From: a virus | DNA length: 64,000 nt | IMG/VR virus record: IMGVR_UViG_3300045996_003284 | Location: 10,248 to 74,247 of that record | Strand: one strand, 5' to 3' | Shown here: in pieces, positions 53,211 to 62,228 of the stretch | Layout: each line of letters starts with the position of its first letter | Numbering within the stretch: position 1 is the stretch's first letter | Program-made: the position numbers and the translations under genes | The notes under the pieces: model-generated | The model's database searches: none | Told to the model about the DNA's origin: nothing | The model's input: the letters and a program-made list of their open reading frames with translations, nothing else

Positions 53211-56201
53211 TCAGACCTCGCTACCGATCAGGGTGACTTGGAGTCCCTTGGCGCTCGCTCCGGCAACATCGACGTCGAAAGTCACGATACCTCCCTTGGT
53301 CAGCGTCCCGGTCACGAAGGCGGTGCTGGACGCAACGGCGCCGGCGGCGGCGATCGTGACCGGAGCGCTCAGGACGGTTGACCCGTTGAGGTTGACATCG
53401 ACAGTCGTGACCGTGGTACCGGAAGCCGGCAGGTACATCTCGACGGCGGCCAGTTTGAGGGCGATTGGCATGCGCAGGGCGCGCACCCCGACGCCGACCG
53501 TGACAGTGGTCGTCTCAGCGAACAGCGGCACGACGATGGCGCGGGTGTTCTTGACCAGGACCGCGTCGCCCGAGGCGTTAAATCCCACCACCTGCCCCTC
53601 GGTGCCGGTGATCTCGTTGGTGCTGGCGTAGGTGTCAATGGCGTCACGGGTGCGAACCGGACTCATGTAGGTCGTGGAACTGACCCCGGCTTGGGCTTCC
53701 GCCTGGGTGGCAAAGGTGCCGCCGCCACCGCCACCGCCCCCCTGAGCTGACATCAGGGTCCAGGCACCGTTCCCGAACACGAAGTCAGCGCTGACGCCGG
53801 CCGCCAGCGTGGTCAGACCCGTGCCGGTGTGACTGTTGACCGTGACCAGAAAGGGACCGGTGGCGGATTCGGCGCGCTCGATCCGGACGACCGCCCCCCG
53901 GTAGACGCGCGGCGCGTTAAGGGCCGCGTTGGCATAAGGCTCGTCGATGTACTGGCTGAGCGTGAGCGAGATGTTGCCGGTCAGCGGCGATGAGATCCGG
54001 ATGTGCCGTCCGTGGACCGACGGATAGTAGATCGACAGGTCGGGGGTGTAGGTGGTGAAACCGCCGGTCGCACCGCCGACCGAGTTGTTGAAGGCGAGCA
54101 GTGGACCGTCCAGGCTCTCGCTGGTCGGATCGACGGTGGCGTAGCACAGGTCGTCGATCCGGTGCGGAGTCTCCGGCCGGGTGTCGAGGCGAACCTGCTG
54201 GAAGGTGCCGGTCAGATTGAGGGCAGCGGCGGAACTGCTGTTGCCGAGCAGGGCAAAACGGACGGAACCGGTCTTGACCGTCCCAGTAACAAACAGGTTG
54301 GTGGCAATCACCGAGAAGCCTTGATCACCGAGGTAGATCGCGGCGTCGGTAACGCCCTGACCGTTGCTGAGGGCGGTCTTGGAGATGAGGCTGCCAGCGA
54401 ACTGGGCGCTGGTGCCCCCCAAGCCATGGATCAGGCCGGCATAGCCGTTGGTGGTGGTCGGCGTCAGGTTCGCGAAGACGGTTCCGGAGAACGAGCAGGT
54501 CGGGCAGGACGACATTGCCAGCGGACGCTGACAGATCAGGTCTTCGACGGTAAGCTGGGTGAAGTGGGTCTGTTCCAGGCCGGCGAGCCAGACGCCGCCA
54601 CCGACCGTGGCCAACGTGCCGTTGCCGGTAATCCGGCAGTTGACGAAGGCGCTGCCGGTGCCGGTCTTGTGGACCAGCCCGTAGCCGAGGCCGTTCACCA
54701 TGTTGATCTTGACGTGCATGAACGTGTTGTTGAACGACCCGCTCGACCCGGAGACACCGATCCCAACCCAAGCCCCGGTCGTCTCGATATCCTCGAAGTG
54801 GCTGTCGTTGACGCTGCTCAGGCGAAGCGCCGCCACGTAGTTCTCGGACGCGGTGGGGTTGGTGCCGGCGGCCTGGTCAGCGTCATAGCTAAGGCTGACA
54901 CCTTGCAGGGTGATCCGGCTGACCGATGCGGCGGCAATGACGTTGACGCCCGTCTGGAACTGCCGGATGACGCAGCGGGCACCCTCGATGACGAAGCCGC
55001 TGCCGGCAATCGCCAGCGGGCCATGGATCTCGAAGACCCCGCCGCCCATGTCAACGCGCCCCTTGGCCCCCGCCGCGTCGCTCCAGCACTGATTGATGGC
55101 CGTGCTGTTGGTCTGGCGCTGAGCCTGACTGAGACCAACGCCGCGGATGGCACCATACGTCTCAGGACGATAGGCCCCGTCGGCAATGACGCCGCCACCG
55201 CCACCAACATCGCCGACGACGTTGAGGGTGCCGTCCAGCTCCACGGTCAGGCCGGTCCCCGGCCTGACGATGCCGGCCGTGCCGGCGGTAGCAAGCTGCG
55301 GAATGTAAGGGGTCGGGTTGGGATTGGACAGAACGCCGGTGCCGCTGACCGTCAAGCCGGTGCCCACGGTGATGCCACCGCGTGTCGTCGTCGTGGCAGC
55401 GGGCAAGGTATAGGAAGCCGTGGACGAAACGATGCCGGTCGCCGGGTCGATCGTCAGGCCGGGTCCGATGCGGATGACCCCGAGCGTGGAGGGGCTGGCG
55501 ATCTGGGGCAAGGCAGATGCCCCGCCCAGCAGTTCCAGGCGGACCTTGCGAAGCGAGTTCGTGCTGGTGTCGTGAGTCAGCAGATAGTCGTTGGCGAGAT
55601 CGGGCTGGGTATCCTCGGACTGCGAGGCAATCGAGATGGCAAGGATTCGGTCAGCGGTCAGAGTGCCGCCGCCGGACAGGCCAGGGCCGGCTGAGATCGA
55701 TCGGGTCGCCGGCACGACGTTGGTCGCGGCAAAGGTGATGGTGTCGGTCGCGGCATCCGCCGAGACGCTGATGTTTGATCCGCCCGCCAGGGTCAGGGTA
55801 TCGGAGGTGCTGTCGGCAATCACGGTCGTCGTGCCGACGGCAATATTGGCGAAGGAATTGCTCGACGATCCGCCGCTGGTGCCACCCGGCAGGCGGTCCA
55901 GGCGGACGCGCTTGGGCAGACCCTCAGAGACGTCGTAGGTAATCACGTAATCGGCCGAGACGTTGGGGCTGAGGTCTTCCGACAGACCAGCCGGGTCAAG
56001 CTGGAGGCTGAGGTCGGCGCCCAGCGTGCCGCCGCCTCGGACACCGCGGCTGGTATCGACCCGGCGAGTGGCCGGAACGCGACCCTGGACGATCGCGGCG
56101 CGCTTCATCTTATGGTCGGCGCCGTCGCGCCGGACGTAAAGAAGGTCGGAGTCCGTCGCCTCCAGGGCTTCGGGAAGCTGGTCAAGGGTTTGATCAGCCA
56201 T
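53211..56201 (-). CDS. Trimeric fibre/spike: DQLP-type N-module, shaft repeats, beta-helix, C-terminal adaptor domain
   Basis: MADQTLDQLP; VPATR..GGGTL x2; YTLPAAT....GG-type repeats x3; PETYGA. Confidence 0.8.
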   Translation of the reverse strand: MADQTLDQLPEALEATDSDLLYVRRDGADHKMKRAAIVQGRVPATRRVDTSRGVRGGGTLGADLSLQLDPAGLSEDLSPNVSADYVITYDVSEGLPKRVRLDRLPGGTSGGSSSNSFANIAVGTTTVIADSTSDTLTLAGGSNISVSADAATDTITFAATNVVPATRSISAGPGLSGGGTLTADRILAISIASQSEDTQPDLANDYLLTHDTSTNSLRKVRLELLGGASALPQIASPSTLGVIRIGPGLTIDPATGIVSSTASYTLPAATTTTRGGITVGTGLTVSGTGVLSNPNPTPYIPQLATAGTAGIVRPGTGLTVELDGTLNVVGDVGGGGGVIADGAYRPETYGAIRGVGLSQAQRQTNSTAINQCWSDAAGAKGRVDMGGGVFEIHGPLAIAGSGFVIEGARCVIRQFQTGVNVIAAASVSRITLQGVSLSYDADQAAGTNPTASENYVAALRLSSVNDSHFEDIETTGAWVGIGVSGSSGSFNNTFMHVKINMVNGLGYGLVHKTGTGSAFVNCRITGNGTLATVGGGVWLAGLEQTHFTQLTVEDLICQRPLAMSSCPTCSFSGTVFANLTPTTTNGYAGLIHGLGGTSAQFAGSLISKTALSNGQGVTDAAIYLGDQGFSVIATNLFVTGTVKTGSVRFALLGNSSSAAALNLTGTFQQVRLDTRPETPHRIDDLCYATVDPTSESLDGPLLAFNNSVGGATGGFTTYTPDLSIYYPSVHGRHIRISSPLTGNISLTLSQYIDEPYANAALNAPRVYRGAVVRIERAESATGPFLVTVNSHTGTGLTTLAAGVSADFVFGNGAWTLMSAQGGGGGGGGTFATQAEAQAGVSSTTYMSPVRTRDAIDTYASTNEITGTEGQVVGFNASGDAVLVKNTRAIVVPLFAETTTVTVGVGVRALRMPIALKLAAVEMYLPASGTTVTTVDVNLNGSTVLSAPVTIAAAGAVASSTAFVTGTLTKGGIVTFDVDVAGASAKGLQVTLIGSEV

Positions 56202-56240
56202 CAGTCGGCTCCATGGGGGTGCGGGCGGGCAGGGCGCTCA

Positions 56241-58349
56241 TTAAAAGGTCGGCCCGGCGGCCAATGAAACGGTGCCGGTCAGGCTGGCGGGGGCGGAACC
56301 GCCGGTTCCACTGTTGGGGATGGGCACGCTTAGGGTGTTCAGCCGGGTATAGATCAACGGCGTCCGGCCGAGGTCGGAAACGATGTCCTGGCCAGACGCG
56401 ATGGCCTGGGTCTCGGCGGCGGACAGCGTGCCGTTCATCTTGAAGAAGCTGGCCAGACTGCCGTCGAGCCAGCGGGCGCTGCCAGAGATGGGCGGTGCGC
56501 GGGTGGCGAGGACCGGCTCCTCGGTCGGCTGAATGGCGCCGAGACCGGCGACTGAGCGGCTGAAGTAAAGCGTGCGGGAGCCCTTGAGGGGCGTCTGGTA
56601 GATGTTGAGGGTTTCGGTGGCCTTGATCCGCTCAACCGTCCAGAGCCGCCAGGCAGCCGTGGTCAGGCTGGCGTCGGTCAGGCCAATCGCCTGATAGGCG
56701 GAGACCCCGGCGCCACGCACGTTGGCTTCGATGGCGTGGGGGACCGCGGCAGCGGACTCGTGGATGAGGAAATTGACGCTGTGGCTGGTGGTGTAGCCGC
56801 CGACCGAGATGACGTATTGCGCCGCGGTGCCGGTGTTGTCAGCGACCGAAACCCAAACGCCCAGAGTCCAGTCGGCATCCGGGAAGTCCCACAGGGCGCT
56901 GTCAGCGTAGGTGATGCAACCGGTCAGGCCGTCGAAACGCAGCGCCGAGGTCTGGATACCGGGAATGACCGGATCGACCGGCGGGGTCGTCGTGGCCGGC
57001 GCGTTGACCGGGTCCATCAGGGGCAGCATAGCATTGCCGGTCGTGCGGCCCAGAGCGGTGACGTTGTCAAGGATGGCGGAGGTTCCGTCGAACCGGCCGT
57101 ACTGGTAATAGACATCAACGTCCGTGCCAGGATCCGCCGCAAGATGGATCGTAATGGTGCTAGCGCCGATGGCCATGCTGGAAATCGCGAGACTGCCCGC
57201 GTCGCTGTAGGCGGTGTTTTTGGTAAACACCTTGAAGTCGCTCGGTTGGGTGCCGCTGCTGAGCGCCAATGCCGTACCGGCGCGATGCTGGACCGACAGG
57301 GTCAGCGTGTGGCCGGAGCGGCTGACACCGGCGATCGCCGGCCCGAGGTTGGGGCGCAGCTCGGTCCCGATAGCATAAAGCAGAGCATGGGCGTAAGCGT
57401 TGGCGATGGTTTCCGAGCCGGCGGGCGTCTGGTTCGACGCGTCGGCGAGCGCTACGGTGGGTGTCCAGCCAAGGTTGAGAGTGCCGGGGTTCTCGGCGAT
57501 GTACTCGAAGTGGGCGCGGCGCAGATCGTGGACCGCGTCGGTCGGGTCGGCGTTCCGGCGCATCAGAGGGAACACGGCAAAGCGCTGGATGGTCGCGATG
57601 CTTTCCAGGCGGGTGCGAAGGTCGGCCAAACGGGTCTTGTACTGCGCGCGGGTGAGCAGGCCGATGTCGCCGCTACCCTGGTGCCACAGGATGGCACCGA
57701 CCCGGCCAAGACTGGCAAGCGCGGACGCAGCGGCGGTATAGGCAGAATCGGCGGCTTCCCAATCAGCGATCGAGACGCTGTCAGTGGCAGTCTGGAGCAC
57801 AGCCTGGGGCACGCCGGTGGCGGTAGCCATCAGGTTGAGGAAACGGATGATGCCGTTGCCGCTGGAGTTGGGGAGCACACCGGGCAGTTCCCAGGCCGCG
57901 CCGTCGAACACGACGGTGCGGTCATCCGGCGTCGGTGGGGCATCGACCGCGGTGCTCATCCGGCGCTGCTGAGACGCCCCGGCGAAAACCCAAACATCGC
58001 CGACGCCCCACTGGGTGGTTCCGGTGACGATCTGGACGGTGTTGAGGAAGCGGACTTGGATCTTGTACCAACCACCCTGGGGCACGGAAATCGACCCGCT
58101 CCAGGTGCCGCCGGAAGGGGATGGCGCCGCCACCAACCAGTCCTGAATTACGGCAAAGGTCATGCTGTCGATGACGCGCGCCTCAACGGCGGCCGGAATT
58201 CCGGTGTAGCTGCCGGACAGCGGCACCGGCGAGGCAGCGCCAATCCGCTGGTAGACACGCCGCGGCGCCACCTGGGACAGGGCGATCGTGCCGGTTGCGA
58301 CGGTAACGTTCCGGCGGCGCGCAGCGGCCGAGGCGGCGGCGATGGTCAA
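56241..58349 (-). CDS. SGNH/sialate O-acetylesterase-like domain plus LamG domain
   Basis: VPQGGWY...WGVGDVWVFAGASQ, GAILWHQG; C-terminal ALRFDG...DWTLGVW. Confidence 0.8.
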   Translation of the reverse strand: MTIAAASAAARRRNVTVATGTIALSQVAPRRVYQRIGAASPVPLSGSYTGIPAAVEARVIDSMTFAVIQDWLVAAPSPSGGTWSGSISVPQGGWYKIQVRFLNTVQIVTGTTQWGVGDVWVFAGASQQRRMSTAVDAPPTPDDRTVVFDGAAWELPGVLPNSSGNGIIRFLNLMATATGVPQAVLQTATDSVSIADWEAADSAYTAAASALASLGRVGAILWHQGSGDIGLLTRAQYKTRLADLRTRLESIATIQRFAVFPLMRRNADPTDAVHDLRRAHFEYIAENPGTLNLGWTPTVALADASNQTPAGSETIANAYAHALLYAIGTELRPNLGPAIAGVSRSGHTLTLSVQHRAGTALALSSGTQPSDFKVFTKNTAYSDAGSLAISSMAIGASTITIHLAADPGTDVDVYYQYGRFDGTSAILDNVTALGRTTGNAMLPLMDPVNAPATTTPPVDPVIPGIQTSALRFDGLTGCITYADSALWDFPDADWTLGVWVSVADNTGTAAQYVISVGGYTTSHSVNFLIHESAAAVPHAIEANVRGAGVSAYQAIGLTDASLTTAAWRLWTVERIKATETLNIYQTPLKGSRTLYFSRSVAGLGAIQPTEEPVLATRAPPISGSARWLDGSLASFFKMNGTLSAAETQAIASGQDIVSDLGRTPLIYTRLNTLSVPIPNSGTGGSAPASLTGTVSLAAGPTF

Positions 58350-58762
58350 ACGGAGGTATCCCCAGTCAGCAGAACCTGCGGAGCACCGCCAACGTTGCTG
58401 TAACAGACCAGATAAGCGGCAGCGTATTGGCCGGCAGTGCGGACGTGGTTTTCACGGGACCGGACGTTGCCACCGAGGACCACGAAGGTGGCCGAGCCCA
58501 GGCCGACCTGGGCTACCATGATCTGGAAGCCGACCGGCATGGTGCTGGGCAGGGTTATCGTCACCGCCGTTGGCGAATTGACGATGATCGTCCGCCGGTT
58601 GTCGGCCTCGGTGACGACGTAGCTGGCGGTCTTGGTCAGGACGTCCTGGGTGGTGCGATCCTCGACCGTGTCGATGAAGTCATGGAGATCCTGGATCGAG
58701 GTGCCCCGGATCTGCCCGATGGGCATCTTGGCTTTCAGCCCGGAAATCGTATCGACGGCCAC
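58346..58762 (-). CDS. Fibre adaptor paralog 2 (GTG start)
   Basis: GGAG RBS; TISGLKAKMPIG...QDLHDFIDTVEDRT; TTGA overlap with 56241..58349. Confidence 0.8.
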   Translation of the reverse strand: MAVDTISGLKAKMPIGQIRGTSIQDLHDFIDTVEDRTTQDVLTKTASYVVTEADNRRTIIVNSPTAVTITLPSTMPVGFQIMVAQVGLGSATFVVLGGNVRSRENHVRTAGQYAAAYLVCYSNVGGAPQVLLTGDTSV

Positions 58763-58917
58763 GTCGCTACTCCGATTGTTGGTCGCGGTTGGGGATGCGG
58801 GCCTGCGGGGGAAGCCGGACTTAAACGGTGATCTCAAACACGACGGAATGGGGCCAACAGCGGCGCGAACGGTCTTGGCAAAAGTACCGCAATCGCCTTC
58901 CTTTGGGAGGGGAGTGT

Positions 58918-59334
58918 TTACACCGCCGTATCACCGAAGAAGGCTACCTGGGGAGCGGTCCCGGCGTTGGCATAGCAGAACAGGTGGGCCATGCTGCCGG
59001 TGCCGGCCAGTTTGGTGTGGCTGCTGCGGTGCAGGAGCGTGCCATCGGTCACGGCGACGGTGACCTGTCCAGCGCCGATCTGGAGGATGATGACTTCCCA
59101 GCCAACCGGGACGCTGTTTGGGATCGTGAAGGTGACGCCGGAGGCGGCGTTGAAAACCAGACGCCGACGGTTATCGGTAAGAACAGCCGTATAGTTGGCC
59201 GTCTTGGTGATGACCTCCTGGGAGGTCCGGTCTTCCAGCGTGTCGACGATGTCGTGGATGTCCGAGACGGTCGTGCCGCCAGCCACGCCGATCGGCATGT
59301 TGGTCTTGAGCGTAGCGATTGTCTGAACGGTCAT
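58918..59334 (-). CDS. Fibre adaptor paralog 3
   Basis: TIATLKTNMPIG...DIHDIVDTLEDRT ... GDTAV. Confidence 0.8.
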   Translation of the reverse strand: MTVQTIATLKTNMPIGVAGGTTVSDIHDIVDTLEDRTSQEVITKTANYTAVLTDNRRRLVFNAASGVTFTIPNSVPVGWEVIILQIGAGQVTVAVTDGTLLHRSSHTKLAGTGSMAHLFCYANAGTAPQVAFFGDTAV

Positions 59335-59402
59335 TGAGGATCGGACTCCTGGCGGGCGCGTAAGCCGAGCGCGGCCATCATGCGGGAACGCTGACCTGCC
59401 AT
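59331..59402 (-). CDS. 23-aa peptide MAGQRSRMMAALGLRARQESDPQ
   Basis: GGAGA RBS and ATGA overlap with adaptor 3. Confidence 0.4.
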   Translation of the reverse strand: MAGQRSRMMAALGLRARQESDPQ

Positions 59403-59479
59403 AAGGATCTCCGGAAAGGAATGGGGGCGGCGGCGCGGGGTGTCGAGCCGCCGCCGTTCGGTCGGGACCGAAGCCGTGC

Positions 59480-59962
59480 CTATTGGGCCGAGCCGTCAGG
59501 ATTGGGCGCAGCCGGCGGATCTTCGGGGACAGGAGCCGGCGAGGGTGTGGCGGGAGGATTTTCCGGCGCTGGATTCTCCGGAGTGGGTTCCGGAGCGCCA
59601 TCGGTCGGCTGCTGGAGCGGCGGGGTGTCGTCAGTGGGCACGTCGTCTTCCTCCGGACCGATGGTCAGAGCCATCACGTTGGCTTCGCCGCTGATAGAGT
59701 CGATGAGGGCAACACCGACCAGTTCGCGGATGCCGTCGCCCAGGTCGGCGTCGACTGTGACGGTGATCTGAGCGGTGCCAATCGGACCAAGGGCGCGGAC
59801 CACAGCGCTGCGGCCATCCGCCGCCGGCTCGACCGCGAGGGCCGGGGGGTTGCTCGAAGCCCAGGCGGGCACACCGTCGATCGTAGCGTCGTTGCCGAAC
59901 TTGTCCCGGATGACGAAACTCACGGGCGCGCGTTTGCCGGCACGCAGGATATGGTTTGGCAT
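59480..59962 (-). CDS. Ig-like (Big_2-like) capsid decoration candidate with Pro-rich tail
   Basis: D..GN...IDG.P.W.SSNP, G.AQITVT.D. Confidence 0.65.
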   Translation of the reverse strand: MPNHILRAGKRAPVSFVIRDKFGNDATIDGVPAWASSNPPALAVEPAADGRSAVVRALGPIGTAQITVTVDADLGDGIRELVGVALIDSISGEANVMALTIGPEEDDVPTDDTPPLQQPTDGAPEPTPENPAPENPPATPSPAPVPEDPPAAPNPDGSAQ

Positions 59963-59963
59963 G

Positions 59964-60122
59964 TCATTCCTCGTTAAGGGGAGGACCGATAATCATGGTG
60001 ATCGTCGGGACGGGGTCGGTTGGCGGTGGCGCGGGCTTCGGTTTCAGGACGACCTCAAACCGGACCTCTTCGACGAGGCCGGCGCTCAGCAGGGCCGCCA
60101 ACGACTCCGCGAGGTCGGCCAT
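59964..60122 (-). CDS. Small hypothetical protein
   Basis: Tightly packed in the operon; ends 1 nt before the Ig gene. Confidence 0.5.
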   Translation of the reverse strand: MADLAESLAALLSAGLVEEVRFEVVLKPKPAPPPTDPVPTITMIIGPPLNEE

Positions 60123-60129
60123 GGCCGGA

Positions 60130-60291
60130 TCAGCTCTTGGCGTCCGGGTCGTCCGGCCGATGGTTGCCAACGTGCTTCAACTGGCCGGACTCGACGGCCG
60201 GGTGCTTCTCCAGTTCCTTCTCAAGATCAGCCGTGGGGTCTGATTTGGAAGACTTGTTGGCGGTCTTGTTCGCGGTCTTCTTTTCGGTCAT
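60130..60291 (-). CDS. Small charged hypothetical protein
   Basis: AGGAG RBS. Confidence 0.5.
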   Translation of the reverse strand: MTEKKTANKTANKSSKSDPTADLEKELEKHPAVESGQLKHVGNHRPDDPDAKS

Positions 60292-60319
60292 CGCGGCAAC
60301 TCCTGGGGGGAGAGGGAGA

Positions 60320-61120
60320 TCACTCGGATTTCGGCGGACGCCCGACCTTCTTGGCAGCTTCCTTGACCACAGCCTTGCGGTCTTCCGCTTCCTTGAGTTC
60401 GGCGTTGTTCTCGACACGGCGCAGTTCGGCTTCCGCTTCGGCTTGAGCAATCTTTTGCTCGGTCTCCTGAGCGACGGCCTTTTCCTTGTCCTTGGCGAAC
60501 GTCTCCGAAACCTCGCGCGCATCTCGGGTTCCGATCAGCGTGGCGCCCTTGGTGGGATCGTCCGGGATGTCGAGGATGGGGATTTCGGCTTCCTTTTCGA
60601 TCCGCTCCTGAGCCTTGGCCTCGGACTCCTTCTGGATCTGCTTGACGGTGGCGGGACCGCCGTCGGGACCGAACTGAAGGGTTTCGGTGAGAGATACCTC
60701 GACCGGATGACGTGTCTTGCGCTTACCCTGGCCAGCACGCGCCTCATCTTCCTTGTCGGGGTTGGGGACCGACTTAACAACCTCGGGCAACAGATGGGCG
60801 TTGCTCAGCGCTTCGCGTTCTTCATCGGACGGGAAGTGCTGACGGTTCTGGACGGCAACCTCAAACGCCTCGACCTCGCGCTGCCGCATCTCGTTCGGGG
60901 TCATCTCGGTCGGCGACGGCGGCTTGGTCTTCTCGTCCAGCAGATGGGCGTTCTGGATGAACTCACGCTCCTCATCGGAGAGCGGTTCCGTGCGATTTTT
61001 CATCGCCTGTTCGTGGGCGGCTTTTTCACGCTTCTCGAAGTCGGCGGAATCGATAGCGTCGGGGGCACCCGTCAGATCCGCTCTCATGCGGCGGGCGCGG
61101 GCGAAGGCGGTCGCGCTCAT
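60320..61120 (-). CDS. Highly charged protein directly after the capsid gene
   Basis: AAAGGA RBS; MSATAFARARR start; SDEERE...NAHLL x2; KKVGRPPK end. Confidence 0.7.
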   Translation of the reverse strand: MSATAFARARRMRADLTGAPDAIDSADFEKREKAAHEQAMKNRTEPLSDEEREFIQNAHLLDEKTKPPSPTEMTPNEMRQREVEAFEVAVQNRQHFPSDEEREALSNAHLLPEVVKSVPNPDKEDEARAGQGKRKTRHPVEVSLTETLQFGPDGGPATVKQIQKESEAKAQERIEKEAEIPILDIPDDPTKGATLIGTRDAREVSETFAKDKEKAVAQETEQKIAQAEAEAELRRVENNAELKEAEDRKAVVKEAAKKVGRPPKSE

Positions 61121-61184
61121 GGTGGCGATCCTTTCCAAGAGTCGGGAACGGGCGGGAGCGCCGTGAAGCGCTCCCCCGTCAGCT

Positions 61185-62177
61185 TTAGGACGCAGCGTTG
61201 TAGAGACGATGGCGGAACAGCACGATCCGGATATTCTTCGGGTCGTAGACGCGAGTCCACGAATCACCGTCAGCCAGAACGGTGTTATCCGGACCGCCGC
61301 CAGTTGCTACTCCGACGTAACGCACGCCTCTGGGGTGCAGGATAAAGTGCCTACGATTAATGAGATAGTCTTCGCCAGCAAGCGAATCCCGATCGACCTC
61401 GGTTTCAGTAACCCTACTGTTTACGCCATTGGCATACCCAATAGCACCCGCTCCGAAGAGATAGGTATCGTATACAGCCGTGGTGCCGCTCCCCGTTACC
61501 GTGGCGCCATCATCGATGATCACGCGTTTGCCCATCAAGAAGGGGACGCGCGGCTCGGCATCGGACAGGCGGACGAACTCGATCAGGTTGATCTTGGCCA
61601 GCGCGGTTTCGGTAGCCGAGTGCATCATGATCGCGGCGACGTTATCCTTGGCGTCGCCGAGCTTCTGGAGCGCGTCGAGAAAAGCCACGCCGGTGATCGC
61701 TTGACCGTTGGCAACCGCCGAAATGTCGTGGATGTTGGCGGACATTGTCGCCGAGTCAAAGATCCCGGTGAGCATCGCCTTGAGGGTGCGCTGCATGTCG
61801 CGCGCCCACCAGTTGGCAACCAGATCGCCGATCACCTGCATGGGGTCGGTGCCACCGGCGATGGCGGCGGCCAATTCGTTGACGCCCCAGGCTTTGCCAC
61901 GGGCGAGGACGACGGCCTGGTCCTGGGCGGCGGTGATCGGGTTAACGCTGAGCGGCACGCCGGTGGCGCTCAGGACTTCCGACTGACCGGAAAGATCCTG
62001 CCAGAACGGCATGTTAATCGTGTTGCCGCCGGCGGAGACGAAGTTCGCCAGTTCGGGGATGGCGCCGACGATCCCGGAATTCCACAGGTTGCTGAGTTCA
62101 GTGGTCCGCTGAACGACATACGGGTTCCAGATTTCCGGAACGATGATATTAGCGAGACGAGTCGGCGTAATGGCCAT
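61185..62177 (-). CDS. Major capsid protein (HK97 fold inferred)
   Basis: TRLANIIVPEIW.PYV, G.TINMPFW.DL.G, DA.QKLGD, MHSA, E.DRD.LAG...L..R....HP.G. Confidence 0.93.
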   Translation of the reverse strand: MAITPTRLANIIVPEIWNPYVVQRTTELSNLWNSGIVGAIPELANFVSAGGNTINMPFWQDLSGQSEVLSATGVPLSVNPITAAQDQAVVLARGKAWGVNELAAAIAGGTDPMQVIGDLVANWWARDMQRTLKAMLTGIFDSATMSANIHDISAVANGQAITGVAFLDALQKLGDAKDNVAAIMMHSATETALAKINLIEFVRLSDAEPRVPFLMGKRVIIDDGATVTGSGTTAVYDTYLFGAGAIGYANGVNSRVTETEVDRDSLAGEDYLINRRHFILHPRGVRYVGVATGGGPDNTVLADGDSWTRVYDPKNIRIVLFRHRLYNAAS

Positions 62178-62228
62178 GGCTTAGCTCCACGGTGGGATGC
62201 GAGGCGGGTGAAGGGAGGAGGCGTGCGC

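Noticed and set aside
37860-59334. Paralogous segments as DGR template/variable repeats or a shufflon
   Set aside because: No reverse transcriptase or invertase in the window. All copies are intact co-oriented genes, and no adenine-specific pattern was evident
24799-62177. Gene transfer agent or tailocin
   Set aside because: The long TMP, lambda-like tip, capsid, morons and anti-defence gene fit a true large siphovirus
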